From Bellilinea caldifistulae (GTDB taxonomy: Bacteria; Chloroflexota; Anaerolineae; Anaerolineales; Anaerolineaceae): 32,000 nucleotides of DNA. Under the pieces are notes generated by a model. The model saw nothing but the letters and a program-made list of their open reading frames with translations. It was not told the origin of the DNA and made no database searches. The position numbers and the translations under genes were made by a program. Each line of letters starts with the position of its first letter. Within the stretch, counting starts at the first letter, position 1. The stretch is taken from the NCBI RefSeq assembly GCF_001306055.1, contig NZ_LGHJ01000019.1, positions 120,001 through 152,000 of the forward strand, in the 5' to 3' direction. This document shows, piece after piece, positions 17,139-26,971 of this stretch.

Positions 17139-17881
17139 TGCTCAACCTCCTTGTAGGATGATCTTCTTCTGCGCATCACTACCAGAGACCCAAGTAAGAT
17201 TAGTAAGGCGATCATCTGAGTAACCCGCACACCCCCAAAACCGCTCAGGACGTTCTCAGACCGAAAAGCATCCACCGTAATACGCGCCGCAGCGGATAAT
17301 ACCACAAAGGTCAAGAAGCGAAATCCATCTGGCAGGATCGCATCACGTGGATTGGATTCGATCACCCGCCAGATGGCAAAGGCGAAAATAAAGTCGTAAA
17401 TCTGGGTTGGGTGACGCCATTCGTCGAATAAATATATGCTCCACGGCAGACGAGCCGCAACCCCAAAGCCATTGCCGGATGACAGATTCATCAAAGCCAG
17501 GGCCATCAGAATGACCGCCAGGCCGGGTGTGAGTGCATCCATGACTTGCCAAAAATCGAGGCGTTTACGCTGCCCATAAATGAAGCCGGTCAGTAGCATG
17601 GCAGCCATGCCGGTGGGAGCATCCAGCATTTGGGCGGAGATTGAAAATACATCAAGCGGACGGGGAATGAACGCAGCCAGGTTTTGAGCAACATAACCGA
17701 GTCTCGCCCCAAAAATTCCGGCAAGCAAAGCATAGAAAACCAACCAACTGAGACGCTCCACATTCATGCTCCGCTGACGGCCAGCCGCTTCAATGCGATT
17801 TAATCCAATCCAAATTCCTGCCAGAAGAATCAAACCCGGCAATTGAATAGCCAACGGCCCGACATTCAACACCGGCAACAT
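17135..17881 (-). CDS. lgt: Prolipoprotein diacylglyceryl transferase (Lgt family)
   Basis: Polytopic membrane protein with an Lgt-like GARLGYV and the WRHPTQIYDF (HPTQ.YE) motif. GGAGGAGG RBS. Confidence 0.75.
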   Translation of the reverse strand: MLPVLNVGPLAIQLPGLILLAGIWIGLNRIEAAGRQRSMNVERLSWLVFYALLAGIFGARLGYVAQNLAAFIPRPLDVFSISAQMLDAPTGMAAMLLTGFIYGQRKRLDFWQVMDALTPGLAVILMALALMNLSSGNGFGVAARLPWSIYLFDEWRHPTQIYDFIFAFAIWRVIESNPRDAILPDGFRFLTFVVLSAAARITVDAFRSENVLSGFGGVRVTQMIALLILLGSLVVMRRRRSSYKEVEQ

Positions 17882-17905
17882 CAGCGCGCCTCCTCCAATA
17901 ATCTC

Positions 17906-18439
17906 TCAGCCTCGGCTTTCAAAAAAAACCTCAGTAAGCGGCCCCCCATAAATCACCTTGCGTATCACCCCACGGTGGTCAATGAAAAAAGTTGTTGGCA
18001 ATGCCTGTATCAGATAATCGCGCGAAGCAGAATTATCCAAATCGTAGAGCACCGGAAACTGCACCCCACGCTCAATGGCGAATTGCCGGGCTTCTTGCAC
18101 GTCATCTTGATAGGTGGTATTCACTCCAATTACCACCAGACCGTCCTCCTTATGGGAATCGAATACCCGCTGAAAAGCGGGCATCTCTGCCCGGCAGGGA
18201 GGACACCACGATGCCCAAAAATTGAGAATGATGACTGAGCCTCGAAAATCTTGCAGCGTCACAATTTGGTTTTCACTATCTGGCAGAGAGAAATTTGGAG
18301 CTGAAAAACCAACCCGCGGCAGTGCCTGCCCCGAATTGGATTCGGCTGGTGAAAAAAAGCCGGTCAAGAGAATGATCAGCAACGAGGATACCAGCAAAAG
18401 CGGAAAAAACCACTTACTCTCATGCATCTTCATCAGCAT
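17906..18439 (-). CDS. TlpA/ResA-family membrane-anchored thiol:disulfide oxidoreductase
   Basis: N-terminal anchor WFFPLLLVSSLLIILLTGFF and thioredoxin fold with the WASWCPPCRAEMP active site. Confidence 0.85.
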   Translation of the reverse strand: MLMKMHESKWFFPLLLVSSLLIILLTGFFSPAESNSGQALPRVGFSAPNFSLPDSENQIVTLQDFRGSVIILNFWASWCPPCRAEMPAFQRVFDSHKEDGLVVIGVNTTYQDDVQEARQFAIERGVQFPVLYDLDNSASRDYLIQALPTTFFIDHRGVIRKVIYGGPLTEVFFESRG

Positions 18440-18445
18440 ACTGTA

Positions 18446-18474
18446 ATGGTAAGAGGGAGTACCTTTGCTGTCAA
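18446..18474 (-). promoter_or_regulatory. Candidate promoter of tlpA-lgt-SDR-folBK, possibly giving a leaderless transcript
   Basis: On the minus strand: consensus -35 TTGACA (18474..18469), 17-nt spacer, -10 TACCAT (18451..18446), then 6 nt to the ATG at 18439. No SD sequence upstream. Confidence 0.4.
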
Positions 18475-18505
18475 GAATGGTTTAGAACGAAGAACAGGAT
18501 TTAAC

Positions 18506-18535
18506 TTGACAAATAGGACACAAATGGATTATATT
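18506..18535 (+). promoter_or_regulatory. Candidate promoter of csoR-copZ-copA
   Basis: Consensus -35 TTGACA (18506..18511), 17/18-nt spacer, -10 TTATAT/TATATT (18529..18535). Confidence 0.55.
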
Positions 18536-18544
18536 ACATTAAAC

Positions 18545-18564
18545 CCCACCCCTACCGGGGTGGG
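18545..18564. promoter_or_regulatory. CsoR operator (GC-rich inverted repeat)
   Basis: CCCACCCC (18545..18552), TACC, GGGGTGGG (18557..18564). It lies between the -10 and the csoR RBS. This is the same C/G-tract pseudo-palindrome architecture known for CsoR operators. Confidence 0.65.
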
Positions 18565-18581
18565 CATGGAGGATGTGGCTG

Positions 18582-18851
18582 ATGAAACATGAAAACGTAC
18601 TCAATCGCCTGAAAACCGCCGAAGGCCACTTACGTGGTATTCAGCGGATGGTCGAAGAAGATGCCTATTGCATTGACATTATCCGTCAGATTCAGGCAGT
18701 CCAATCAGCTTTGAACAAAGTCAGTTCAATCCTGCTGGAAAACCACCTCAACACCTGCCTGATTACCGCTGTCCGCGGGGAAGACCCTCAGGAAAGAGAG
18801 CGCGTCCTGCGCGAAATTGTGGATGTGTACGAAGCCATGTCCAAAGTCTAA
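18582..18851 (+). CDS. csoR: Copper-sensing repressor CsoR (CsoR/RcnR, DUF156 family)
   Basis: Start chosen at ATG 18582, 9 nt after GGAGG. The track ATG at 18573 abuts the RBS. Cu(I) ligand pattern C (AYCIDI) ... H-x3-C (ENHLNTC). Confidence 0.85.
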   Translation: MKHENVLNRLKTAEGHLRGIQRMVEEDAYCIDIIRQIQAVQSALNKVSSILLENHLNTCLITAVRGEDPQERERVLREIVDVYEAMSKV

Positions 18852-18876
18852 ACCCAAATCTACATGGAGGAATCTC

Positions 18877-19083
18877 ATGAATACCATCACTTACTCAGTT
18901 CCGAGCATGCATTGCCATCACTGCGTTCACACCATCGAAATGGAAGTCGGTGAATTAGAGGGCGTGCAATCGGTTCAGGCTGATCTGAACTCAAAACAGG
19001 TCGTCGTAACGTTTGTCCCTCCCGCCAGCCCGGAAAAGATCGAAACTTTGCTCGCGGAAATCAATTACCCCGTGCAGAAATAA
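18877..19083 (+). CDS. copZ: Copper chaperone CopZ (single HMA domain)
   Basis: Start at ATG 18877 (GGAGG RBS). 68 aa with a ferredoxin-like HMA domain and metal site M-H-C-H-H-C (MxCxxC). Confidence 0.85.
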   Translation: MNTITYSVPSMHCHHCVHTIEMEVGELEGVQSVQADLNSKQVVVTFVPPASPEKIETLLAEINYPVQK

Positions 19084-19084
19084 C

Positions 19085-21526
19085 ATGAGCGAAACCAGGC
19101 AAGTCGTCCTGCCGGTTACCGGCATGACCTGCGCTAATTGTGTCGCAACCATCGAGCGTAATCTTAAAAAACAGACCGGCGTTCAATCGGTTGCGGTTAA
19201 CCTGTCGTCCGAGCGGGCTGTGGTCGAATTTGACCCGCAACTGGTCGGATTGAATGACCTGATCAACCGCGTTCAACGCGCCGGCTATGGCGTGGCGGCA
19301 GGCCGGGCCAGTTTTGTCGTGCAAGGAATGAGCGATGACAACGATGCCCGGCGTCTGGAAAAAGCCCTCACCCGCCTGGAGGGAGTCCTGAAAGTTCAGG
19401 TCAATTATCCTGCCGAAAGCGTGCAGGTGGAGTACATTCCCACCCTGCTAAACCAAACCGAAATCCGAAAAGTTATTCAATCCACGGGGTTTACCGCACT
19501 GGAGGAGGATGCCTCGCTCCACGATGCGGAAGGTGAAGCCCGTGCCGCCGAGATTCGACATCAACGCATACTGTTGATTACCGGCATCATTTTCACGCTG
19601 CCCCTCTTTCTGCTTTCCATGGGACGCGATTTTGGCGTGCTGCCGATGGCATGGCGGCATTCGGACTGGCTTAATTGGGTGCTGTTTGCTCTAGCCACAC
19701 CGGTTCAGTTCTATGTTGGCGGTCAGTATTATCGAAACGCATACCACGCTCTTCGAAACGGCTCGGCCAACATGGATGTCCTGATCGCCATGGGTACATC
19801 CACTGCTTATTTTTATTCGATCGCCGTTCTGCTGGGATTGGTGAATGATCATGTTTACTTTGAAACAGCGGCGGTGATCATCACTCTCGTGCGATTGGGT
19901 AAGTTTCTAGAAGCGCGTGCCAAAGGCCGCACCAGTGAAGCCATCAAAAAATTGATGGGTCTGCAGGCACGAACCGCCCGGGTTTCTCGCAATAACCAGG
20001 AAATGGAAATCCCGGTGGATGAAGTAACGATTGGCGATATTGTGTTGGTGCGCCCCGGTGAAAAAATTCCCGTGGACGGGGTCATCATCGAAGGCCATAC
20101 CAGCGTAGATGAAGCCATGCTGACCGGCGAATCCATGCCGGTGGAGAAACGACCCGGTGATCCTGTGATTGGAGCCACCCTCAACCTGAACGGATTCATC
20201 CGTTTTGAAGCCAGCCGGGTTGGCAAACAGACTGTACTCGCCCAGATTATCCGTCTGGTAGAAGAAGCGCAGGGCAGCAAAGCTCCCATTCAAAAACTGG
20301 TTGACCGGGTTGCAGCCGTCTTCGTTCCAACCGTGATTGGTATCGCCGTGATCACCTTCCTGGTGTGGTATTTTCTCATTCCACTACCCGAAACTACTCA
20401 GACCAGCCTTTTCACCCGTGCCATGGTCAATATGGTGGCAGTTTTGGTAATTGCCTGCCCGTGTGCTTTGGGCCTGGCAACACCGACTGCCGTCATGGTC
20501 GCCACAGGACGCGGCGCTGAAGCCGGTGTTCTGATTCGAAACAGCGAAGCCCTTGAGAGAGCCGCACGGGTCACCCGTGTCGTTTTGGATAAAACCGGAA
20601 CCGTCACTCGCGGTCAGCCGGGAGTTACCGATTTGATTTCACTCGCTCATTCCCCAACCGACAATCGCCCGGCAGATTGGGAATGGCTAAGACTTGCCGC
20701 CAGCGCCGAGCAGGTCAGTGAACACCCGCTCGCACAAGCAATTATTGCCGAGGCTGGTAACCACGATCTAAAATTAACCTCACCACAATCCTTTCAGGCG
20801 GTTACCGGTCACGGAATTCAAGCCGAAGTCGAAGGCCATCAGGTCTGGGTGGGCAGCCCCCGCTGGGAAGTCTTCCAGAATATCTCTCTGAATGGTGTAC
20901 AACCCCTGATTACCCAGCTGGAAGATTCGGCAAAAACCGTCATTCTGGTCAATGTGGATGGAGTCCTCCAAGGTGTCATCGGAATCGCCGATCAAGTCAA
21001 GGAAGGATCAAAAGAAGCCATTGATGAATTTCATCGGCTTGGCTTGAAAGTCACCCTGCTAACCGGAGATAACCGCCGAACCGCCGAAGCAATCGCTGCT
21101 CAGGTGGGAGTGGATGACGTTCGTGCCGAAGTTTTACCAGATGGAAAAACCCAAAAAGTGAAAGAACTGCAAAGTGAGGGTGAAGTGGTTGCCATGATTG
21201 GCGACGGTGTAAATGACGCCCCCGCGCTGGCCCAGGCCGATGTTGGCATCGCAATCGGAACAGGCACCGATATTGCCATGGCTGCCGCGCCGATCACCCT
21301 CATCAGCGGGGATCTACGTGCAGCGGTTCGTGCCATCCGCCTTGCACGGCGGACATTAAGTACGATTAAACAAAATTTGTTTTGGGCTTTCTTTTACAAC
21401 ACCATCCTTATCCCGGCAGCAGCGGCGGGATTCCTGAACCCCATGTTGGCTGCTGCGGCAATGGCGTTCAGCAGCGTCTTTGTGGTCAGCAACAGTTTAC
21501 GGTTGAGGAAAGTGAGCCTCGATTAA
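19085..21526 (+). CDS. copA: Copper-exporting P1B-type ATPase CopA
   Basis: Start at ATG 19085, 1 nt after the copZ stop. N-terminal HMA domain GMTCANC, TM CPC motif ([12 protein letters not shown]), DKTGT phosphorylation site, GDGVNDAP hinge. Confidence 0.95.
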   Translation: MSETRQVVLPVTGMTCANCVATIERNLKKQTGVQSVAVNLSSERAVVEFDPQLVGLNDLINRVQRAGYGVAAGRASFVVQGMSDDNDARRLEKALTRLEGVLKVQVNYPAESVQVEYIPTLLNQTEIRKVIQSTGFTALEEDASLHDAEGEARAAEIRHQRILLITGIIFTLPLFLLSMGRDFGVLPMAWRHSDWLNWVLFALATPVQFYVGGQYYRNAYHALRNGSANMDVLIAMGTSTAYFYSIAVLLGLVNDHVYFETAAVIITLVRLGKFLEARAKGRTSEAIKKLMGLQARTARVSRNNQEMEIPVDEVTIGDIVLVRPGEKIPVDGVIIEGHTSVDEAMLTGESMPVEKRPGDPVIGATLNLNGFIRFEASRVGKQTVLAQIIRLVEEAQGSKAPIQKLVDRVAAVFVPTVIGIAVITFLVWYFLIPLPETTQTSLFTRAMVNMVAVLVIACPCALGLATPTAVMVATGRGAEAGVLIRNSEALERAARVTRVVLDKTGTVTRGQPGVTDLISLAHSPTDNRPADWEWLRLAASAEQVSEHPLAQAIIAEAGNHDLKLTSPQSFQAVTGHGIQAEVEGHQVWVGSPRWEVFQNISLNGVQPLITQLEDSAKTVILVNVDGVLQGVIGIADQVKEGSKEAIDEFHRLGLKVTLLTGDNRRTAEAIAAQVGVDDVRAEVLPDGKTQKVKELQSEGEVVAMIGDGVNDAPALAQADVGIAIGTGTDIAMAAAPITLISGDLRAAVRAIRLARRTLSTIKQNLFWAFFYNTILIPAAAAGFLNPMLAAAAMAFSSVFVVSNSLRLRKVSLD

Positions 21527-21550
21527 ACAAACTTTCCCCGGTAAATCCTG

Positions 21551-21596
21551 AATGCACAGTATTCTGGCTGTAAGTCGAATCTGTGCATTTTTTTGT
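21551..21596 (+). terminator. Rho-independent terminator of copA
   Basis: Stem AATGCACAG(t)ATTC (21551..21564) / GAATCTGTGCATT (21577..21589) with a 12-nt loop. The T run 21588..21594 begins inside the 3' arm, so about five Ts follow the stem. Confidence 0.75.
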
Positions 21597-21632
21597 ATCT
21601 GCAATCAATCCTGAAACATCCAAACAATAAAA

Positions 21633-21641
21633 TGGTAGAAT
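21633..21641 (+). promoter_or_regulatory. Candidate extended -10 promoter of tkt-rpiB-tal/pgi
   Basis: TGgTAGAAT at 21633..21641, 58 nt upstream of the tkt ATG. The -35 region is poor (CTGAAA). Confidence 0.4.
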
Positions 21642-21698
21642 TTCAAGCGAGGCATTATTTTACAATCTTCAATTTTTCTCGTACGGAAGGAAATTCTC

Positions 21699-23720
21699 AT
21701 GAGCAAACTCACTCCAGATTTCGAAGAAAAAGCCATCAACACTGTTCGGTTCCTTTCAGCGGATGCGGTTCAGAAAGCCAATTCAGGTCACCCCGGTTTA
21801 CCGATGGGAGCAGCCGTTTTGGCGTATGTCATCTGGACGCGTTTCCTCAAACACCATCCGGCTAACCCGGCCTGGCCGGATCGCGACCGGTTTATCCTCT
21901 CCGGCGGTCACGGTTCCATGCTGCTCTACTCCCTGTTACATCTGACCGGTTATGATCTCCCTCTGGAAGAATTAAGAAATTTCCGCCAGTGGGGCAGCCG
22001 AACCCCCGGTCATCCAGAATACGGCCTCACCCCCGGTGTGGAAACCACTACCGGGCCTTTAGGTCAGGGCTTTGCCAACGGTGTTGGCATGGCAATCGCC
22101 GAAGCCCATCTGGCAGCCGAATTCAATCGTCCCGGCTTCGAGATCATCAACCATTATGTCTATGCCATTGTCACCGATGGTGACCTGATGGAAGGCGTCG
22201 CCTCAGAAGCCGCCTCCCTGGCCGGCCATCTGCGGCTGGGTAAATTGATTTACCTGTATGATGACAATCGTATCTCGATTGATGGCTCTACCGACCTGGC
22301 TTTCACCGAAGACCGTGCCAGGCGATTTGAAGCCTATGGCTGGCAAGTCATCCGCAATGTGGATGGTCTATCTATCCGTGAAGTTGAGGCAGCCATTCGT
22401 AAAGCCCGCAAAGATCCTCGTCCCTCGCTGATCATTTGCCGTACGCACATCGGTTATGGATTACCCACCCGTCAGGATACCGCCAAAGCCCATGGTGAAC
22501 CCCCCGGCGAAGACGAATTGCGTGGTGCTAAACAAAAACTGGGCTGGCCGCTTGAACCGGATTTTTATATTCCTGAGGATGTGCTTCAATTCTTTCGATT
22601 AGCGCTCAAAAACGGTCAACGCGCTGAACGTAAGTGGCAGCGCCTCTTCAAGTCCTACCAGCAGGCTTACCCCACACTGGCAACGGAATTAAAGCGCCGG
22701 CTGGCCGGAGAACTCCCCGATGGTTGGGATCAAAACCTGCCCGAATTTTCTGCCGATCCGAAAGGCCTGGCCACCCGGGCTGCTTCTGGTAAAGTGATTA
22801 ATGCCTTAGCCGAACGCCTGCCCGAATTGATTGGTGGTTCAGCCGACCTGACACCCTCCAACAATACCTGGATCAACGGCAGCCCTTCCTTTCAGGCGGA
22901 TAATCGTCTCGGCCGGAACATTCATTTTGGGGTTCGTGAACATGGCATGGGTGCAGTGGTCAATGGCATGACCCTGCACGGTGGAGTAATCCCCTACTGC
23001 GGAACATTTCTGGTCTTTTCGGATTACATGCGGCCGGCGGTGCGCATCTCCGCACTGTCCCATATCCCTTCCATTTGGGTCTACACGCATGATAGCATTG
23101 GTTTGGGAGAAGACGGCCCCACTCATCAACCGGTTGAGCACCTGGCTGCCCTGCGTGCCATTCCCAATCTGGTGGTTATCCGTCCGGCAGACGCCAACGA
23201 AGTTCGCGAAGCCTGGATCGCCGCCATCCGAAACCGTCACCAGCCAACCGCTTTTGCCCTGACTCGTCAGGCTGTACCTGTTTTTGACCGCACCACCTTT
23301 GCCCCTGCCGATGGATTACACCGGGGGGCTTATGTGCTGGCAGACCTCGGCGGAGCCAAACCCCAAATTATTTTGATGGCTTCTGGCTCCGAGGTCGCTT
23401 TAATTGTGGAAGCCGGTTACAATCTGGCTGCCGAAGGTTACAATGTCCGTCTGGTTTCATTCCCATCCTGGGAATTGTTTGAACAGCAAGACCAGTCCTA
23501 TCGGGATGAGGTTTTACCCCCGTCCATCAAGCGCCGTCTGGCAGTTGAAGCCGGCGTGGCACAGGGCTGGCATCGCTACGTCGGCGATCAGGGACGCATC
23601 CTCAGTATTGAGCGTTTCGGTGCATCTGCTCCTTACAAAAGAATTTACGAAGAGTTTGGATTGACTTCCACCAATATCCTCAAAGAAGCCCGCAACTTGC
23701 TTGGCGTCAGCAATCCATAG
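21699..23720 (+). CDS. tkt: Transketolase
   Basis: [13 protein letters not shown] ThDP motif and [16 protein letters not shown](V)EHL. Length is 673 aa. Confidence 0.95.
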   Translation: MSKLTPDFEEKAINTVRFLSADAVQKANSGHPGLPMGAAVLAYVIWTRFLKHHPANPAWPDRDRFILSGGHGSMLLYSLLHLTGYDLPLEELRNFRQWGSRTPGHPEYGLTPGVETTTGPLGQGFANGVGMAIAEAHLAAEFNRPGFEIINHYVYAIVTDGDLMEGVASEAASLAGHLRLGKLIYLYDDNRISIDGSTDLAFTEDRARRFEAYGWQVIRNVDGLSIREVEAAIRKARKDPRPSLIICRTHIGYGLPTRQDTAKAHGEPPGEDELRGAKQKLGWPLEPDFYIPEDVLQFFRLALKNGQRAERKWQRLFKSYQQAYPTLATELKRRLAGELPDGWDQNLPEFSADPKGLATRAASGKVINALAERLPELIGGSADLTPSNNTWINGSPSFQADNRLGRNIHFGVREHGMGAVVNGMTLHGGVIPYCGTFLVFSDYMRPAVRISALSHIPSIWVYTHDSIGLGEDGPTHQPVEHLAALRAIPNLVVIRPADANEVREAWIAAIRNRHQPTAFALTRQAVPVFDRTTFAPADGLHRGAYVLADLGGAKPQIILMASGSEVALIVEAGYNLAAEGYNVRLVSFPSWELFEQQDQSYRDEVLPPSIKRRLAVEAGVAQGWHRYVGDQGRILSIERFGASAPYKRIYEEFGLTSTNILKEARNLLGVSNP

Positions 23721-23732
23721 GAGAAACAGTCC

Positions 23733-24179
23733 ATGCGTGTGGCCATTTCTTGTGATCATGCCGGTTTTTTATTAAAGGACGAAATCATCGCTGCGGTGCG
23801 GGCTGCCGGGCACGAGGTACTCGATCTCGGTACCAACTCCACCGAGGCGGTTGATTACCCCGACTTCACTCGCAAGGCTTGCCAGGCAGTAATCGGCGGT
23901 GAAGCCCAGCGAGCAATTGTCATTTGCGGATCGGGTGTGGGTGCCAGCATTGCTGCCAATAAGTTCAAGGGCATCTACGCTGGTTTATGCCATGATACCT
24001 ATTCCGCCCACCAAGGGGTTGAACACGACAACATGAATGTGCTTTGTCTCGGATCCCGGATCATCGGTGCGGAACTGGCCAAAGAAATTGTCCGTGCCTT
24101 TTTATCGGCTTCATTCAGCGGTGAAGAACGCCATGCCCGCCGCTTTGGAAAAATTCAGACCATCGAAAAAGAAAATTGA
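23733..24179 (+). CDS. rpiB: Ribose-5-phosphate isomerase B
   Basis: 148 aa with the RpiB/LacAB motif CGSGVGASIAANK. AGGAGA RBS. Confidence 0.9.
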   Translation: MRVAISCDHAGFLLKDEIIAAVRAAGHEVLDLGTNSTEAVDYPDFTRKACQAVIGGEAQRAIVICGSGVGASIAANKFKGIYAGLCHDTYSAHQGVEHDNMNVLCLGSRIIGAELAKEIVRAFLSASFSGEERHARRFGKIQTIEKEN

Positions 24180-24190
24180 GAGGTGTGCAC

Positions 24191-26971
24191 ATGAATCGTA
24201 TCCATCGGCTTCATCAGCTCGGCCAATCCTTATGGTACGATAACATTCAACGTTCCTTACTGGAAAACGGCAAATTAGCTCAATTGATCGAGCAAGGCTT
24301 AATTCGCGGGGTTACTTCGAATCCGACCATATTTCACAATGCCATCGCCCGCTCAAATGATTACGACGCCGCACTCAAACCAATGGCCTGGTCGGGTTGG
24401 AACGCCGAGCAGATTTTTTACCAACTGGCAATCGAAGACATTCAGGCCGCTGCTGATTTGTTCCGACCGCTATACGAAGAATCCAACGCCTCCGACGGCT
24501 ACGTGAGTTTGGAAGTCAACCCGTTGTTGGCCAACGATACGAACGGTACAATCACCGAGTCTCAACGGTTGTGGTCGCTGGTCAACCGCCCTAATTTGAT
24601 GATCAAAATCCCCGCTACTGCTGCTGGCATCCCTGCCATTCGCAAGACCATTGCCGCCGGGATCAATGTCAATGTTACGCTGATCTTTTCTCTCGTCCGC
24701 TACGCCGAAGTCATTGATGCTTACCTTTCCGGTCTGGAAGACCGTCTTGCCCAGGGTTTGCCGGTTGATCGAATTGCTTCGGTGGCTTCCTTTTTCGTTT
24801 CTCGCGTGGATACAAAGGTTGACCAACGCCTCAATGAAATTATCCAGAACGAGGAAAGCAACGCCGGCCTTGCCCAATCTCTGCTTGGCAAGGCAGCCAT
24901 TGCCAATGCCCGTTTAGCCTATGCCCTCTACCTTAAAAAATTCGCCGAAGAACGCTTTGTCGTTCTGCGGGAAAAAGGCGCCCGCACCCAACGCCCACTC
25001 TGGGCATCCACCAGCACCAAAAATCCTGCTTATCGGGATGTCATTTACGTGGAAGAGTTGATCGGTCCCGATACGGTCAATACCGTTCCGCCTCAAACAC
25101 TGGAAGCTTTTCTTGACCACGGTGAAGCGCAGGTCAAATTGGGACCGGATGTAGAAGCAGAAAAGAAAGTGATCCGGCAGCTGGAAGAATTAGGCATCTC
25201 GATGGATCAGGTTACCTACGAGCTGGAAGTTGAGGGAGTCAAAGCTTTTGCGGATGCATTTACAGCCCTGCAACAGGCCATCGAGCAACGCCGTCAGGCC
25301 GCTGTTGAGGAACTTGGCCCCCTGCGCAATTCCCTGCCCGAGTCGGTCAAACGGCAGGAACAGGAACAAGTCGTCCGGCGCATTTTCGATATGGACCCAT
25401 CTTTGTGGACGGAGGATCCAAATGGGCAGGCTGAAATTCGCCAGCGGCTGGGCTGGCTGCATTCCCCTCAAAACAGCCGTGTACTCCACCGGGATTATCA
25501 ACAGTTGGCTGAATCCTGCAGCAAGGACGGTCTGACTCACGCGCTTTTGCTCGGTATGGGCGGTTCATCTCTCGCTCCCGAAGTCTTGCGTCTTACCTTC
25601 GGCGTCGGTCGGATCGGTGATCAAAATGCGCTGGATTTAGCCATCCTGGATTCCACCGATCCTCAGCAAGTTCTGGAAGCCGCCAGCCGCGCCCCCTTGG
25701 AGCAAACCCTCTTTATCGTTTCCAGCAAATCCGGAACCACCAGTGAAGTCAACGCCTTTTTCGACTACTTCTGGCAGCAAGCTCAAACCACCCTGGGCGG
25801 TAAGGCAGCGGCTCACTTCGTGGCAATCACCGATCCGGGCACAGTGTTGGAGAAACTGGCACGCGAAAAAGGTTTTCGCGCCATCTTAGCCGGTGACCCG
25901 CAAGTCGGCGGACGGTACTCAGCCTTGACCCCTTTTGGATTATTCCCGGCTGCTCTGTTGGGCATCAATCTCGACACCCTTCTCCAGCGTGCCGAGCGGA
26001 TGATGGCGCAATCCTTGCCGGCTTTGCCGGCGGCCCGCAATCCGGGTTTGGTCTTGGGTACAATCCTGGGAGAAGCCGTGCTTGATGGCCGCGACAAGTT
26101 GACCATTCTCGCCGAACCGCCTTTCGAGTCATTCGGCTCCTGGTTGGAGCAGTTGATTGCCGAGTCAACCGGCAAGGAAGGGAAAGGCATTATTCCGGTT
26201 GATCTTGAACCCCCCGTGGCGGCTGAACATTATGGGGAAGATCGTCTGTTTGTTTATTTCCGCTCCAACGGGTTGTGGGACGAACGGGCGAATGCTCTGC
26301 GTCAGGCAGGTCATCCTGTACTGGTTTTTGATTTGAAAGATGCTTATGATTTGGGGGCGGAGTTTTACCGTTGGGAAATGGCGACGGCTGTAGCCAGTGC
26401 AATTTTAGGCATCAACGGATTTGACCAGCCAGATGTGCAGGATAACAAAGACCGCACCACCCGAAAGATTGAGGAGTATCGGCGCACCGCGGTTTTGGAC
26501 GAAGGTCAACCTCGGTGGGAAAATGAGCAGGGGAGAGTTTATGGAATTCAATTGGAAGGGCTGACTGGCGCTTCCACCTTGCGAGAAGTTGTCCAGCTCT
26601 TCCTCCGAGAAGCGCGCAAAGAGGATTACGTAGCAATCAACGCTTATCTCCCCCGAAATTCTCAAACTTTGGAGGTGCTCCAAAAACTTCGTCATGTCAT
26701 TTTGGAAAAAACCGGCTGCGCAACAACCCTGGGATTTGGCCCGCGCTTCCTGCACTCCACCGGGCAGCTGCACAAAGGCGGCCCTGATCGCGCCCTGTTC
26801 CTGCAAATCACCCGGGAAGTGGATCAGGACGTGGAAATCCCAGGCCGGGGAATCTCCTTTGGCATCCTTGAACGCGCACAAGCCCTCGGCGATCTGGAAG
26901 CACTACTTGCCCGCCAACGCCGTGTCATTCGCATCCACCTGACCAAGGCATCAGTCGAAGACTTAATCTAA
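24191..26971 (+). CDS. Bifunctional transaldolase / glucose-6-phosphate isomerase fusion
   Basis: Start chosen at ATG 24191 (GAGAGG RBS). The track start at 24176 is a TTG overlapping the rpiB stop. The N-terminal ~370 aa are transaldolase-like (GQSLWYDNI, GVTSNPTIF, IKIPAT). The C-terminal ~470 aa are PGI/SIS-like (LGMGGSSLAPEV, VSSKSGTT). Confidence 0.9.
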   Translation: MNRIHRLHQLGQSLWYDNIQRSLLENGKLAQLIEQGLIRGVTSNPTIFHNAIARSNDYDAALKPMAWSGWNAEQIFYQLAIEDIQAAADLFRPLYEESNASDGYVSLEVNPLLANDTNGTITESQRLWSLVNRPNLMIKIPATAAGIPAIRKTIAAGINVNVTLIFSLVRYAEVIDAYLSGLEDRLAQGLPVDRIASVASFFVSRVDTKVDQRLNEIIQNEESNAGLAQSLLGKAAIANARLAYALYLKKFAEERFVVLREKGARTQRPLWASTSTKNPAYRDVIYVEELIGPDTVNTVPPQTLEAFLDHGEAQVKLGPDVEAEKKVIRQLEELGISMDQVTYELEVEGVKAFADAFTALQQAIEQRRQAAVEELGPLRNSLPESVKRQEQEQVVRRIFDMDPSLWTEDPNGQAEIRQRLGWLHSPQNSRVLHRDYQQLAESCSKDGLTHALLLGMGGSSLAPEVLRLTFGVGRIGDQNALDLAILDSTDPQQVLEAASRAPLEQTLFIVSSKSGTTSEVNAFFDYFWQQAQTTLGGKAAAHFVAITDPGTVLEKLAREKGFRAILAGDPQVGGRYSALTPFGLFPAALLGINLDTLLQRAERMMAQSLPALPAARNPGLVLGTILGEAVLDGRDKLTILAEPPFESFGSWLEQLIAESTGKEGKGIIPVDLEPPVAAEHYGEDRLFVYFRSNGLWDERANALRQAGHPVLVFDLKDAYDLGAEFYRWEMATAVASAILGINGFDQPDVQDNKDRTTRKIEEYRRTAVLDEGQPRWENEQGRVYGIQLEGLTGASTLREVVQLFLREARKEDYVAINAYLPRNSQTLEVLQKLRHVILEKTGCATTLGFGPRFLHSTGQLHKGGPDRALFLQITREVDQDVEIPGRGISFGILERAQALGDLEALLARQRRVIRIHLTKASVEDLI

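Noticed and set aside
19855-20293. 144-aa and 128-aa antisense ORFs inside copA, with similar cases at 25813..26190 and 26405..26881 inside tal/pgi
   Set aside because: They are shadow ORFs opposite strongly motif-supported coding sequence, and there is no independent evidence for them.
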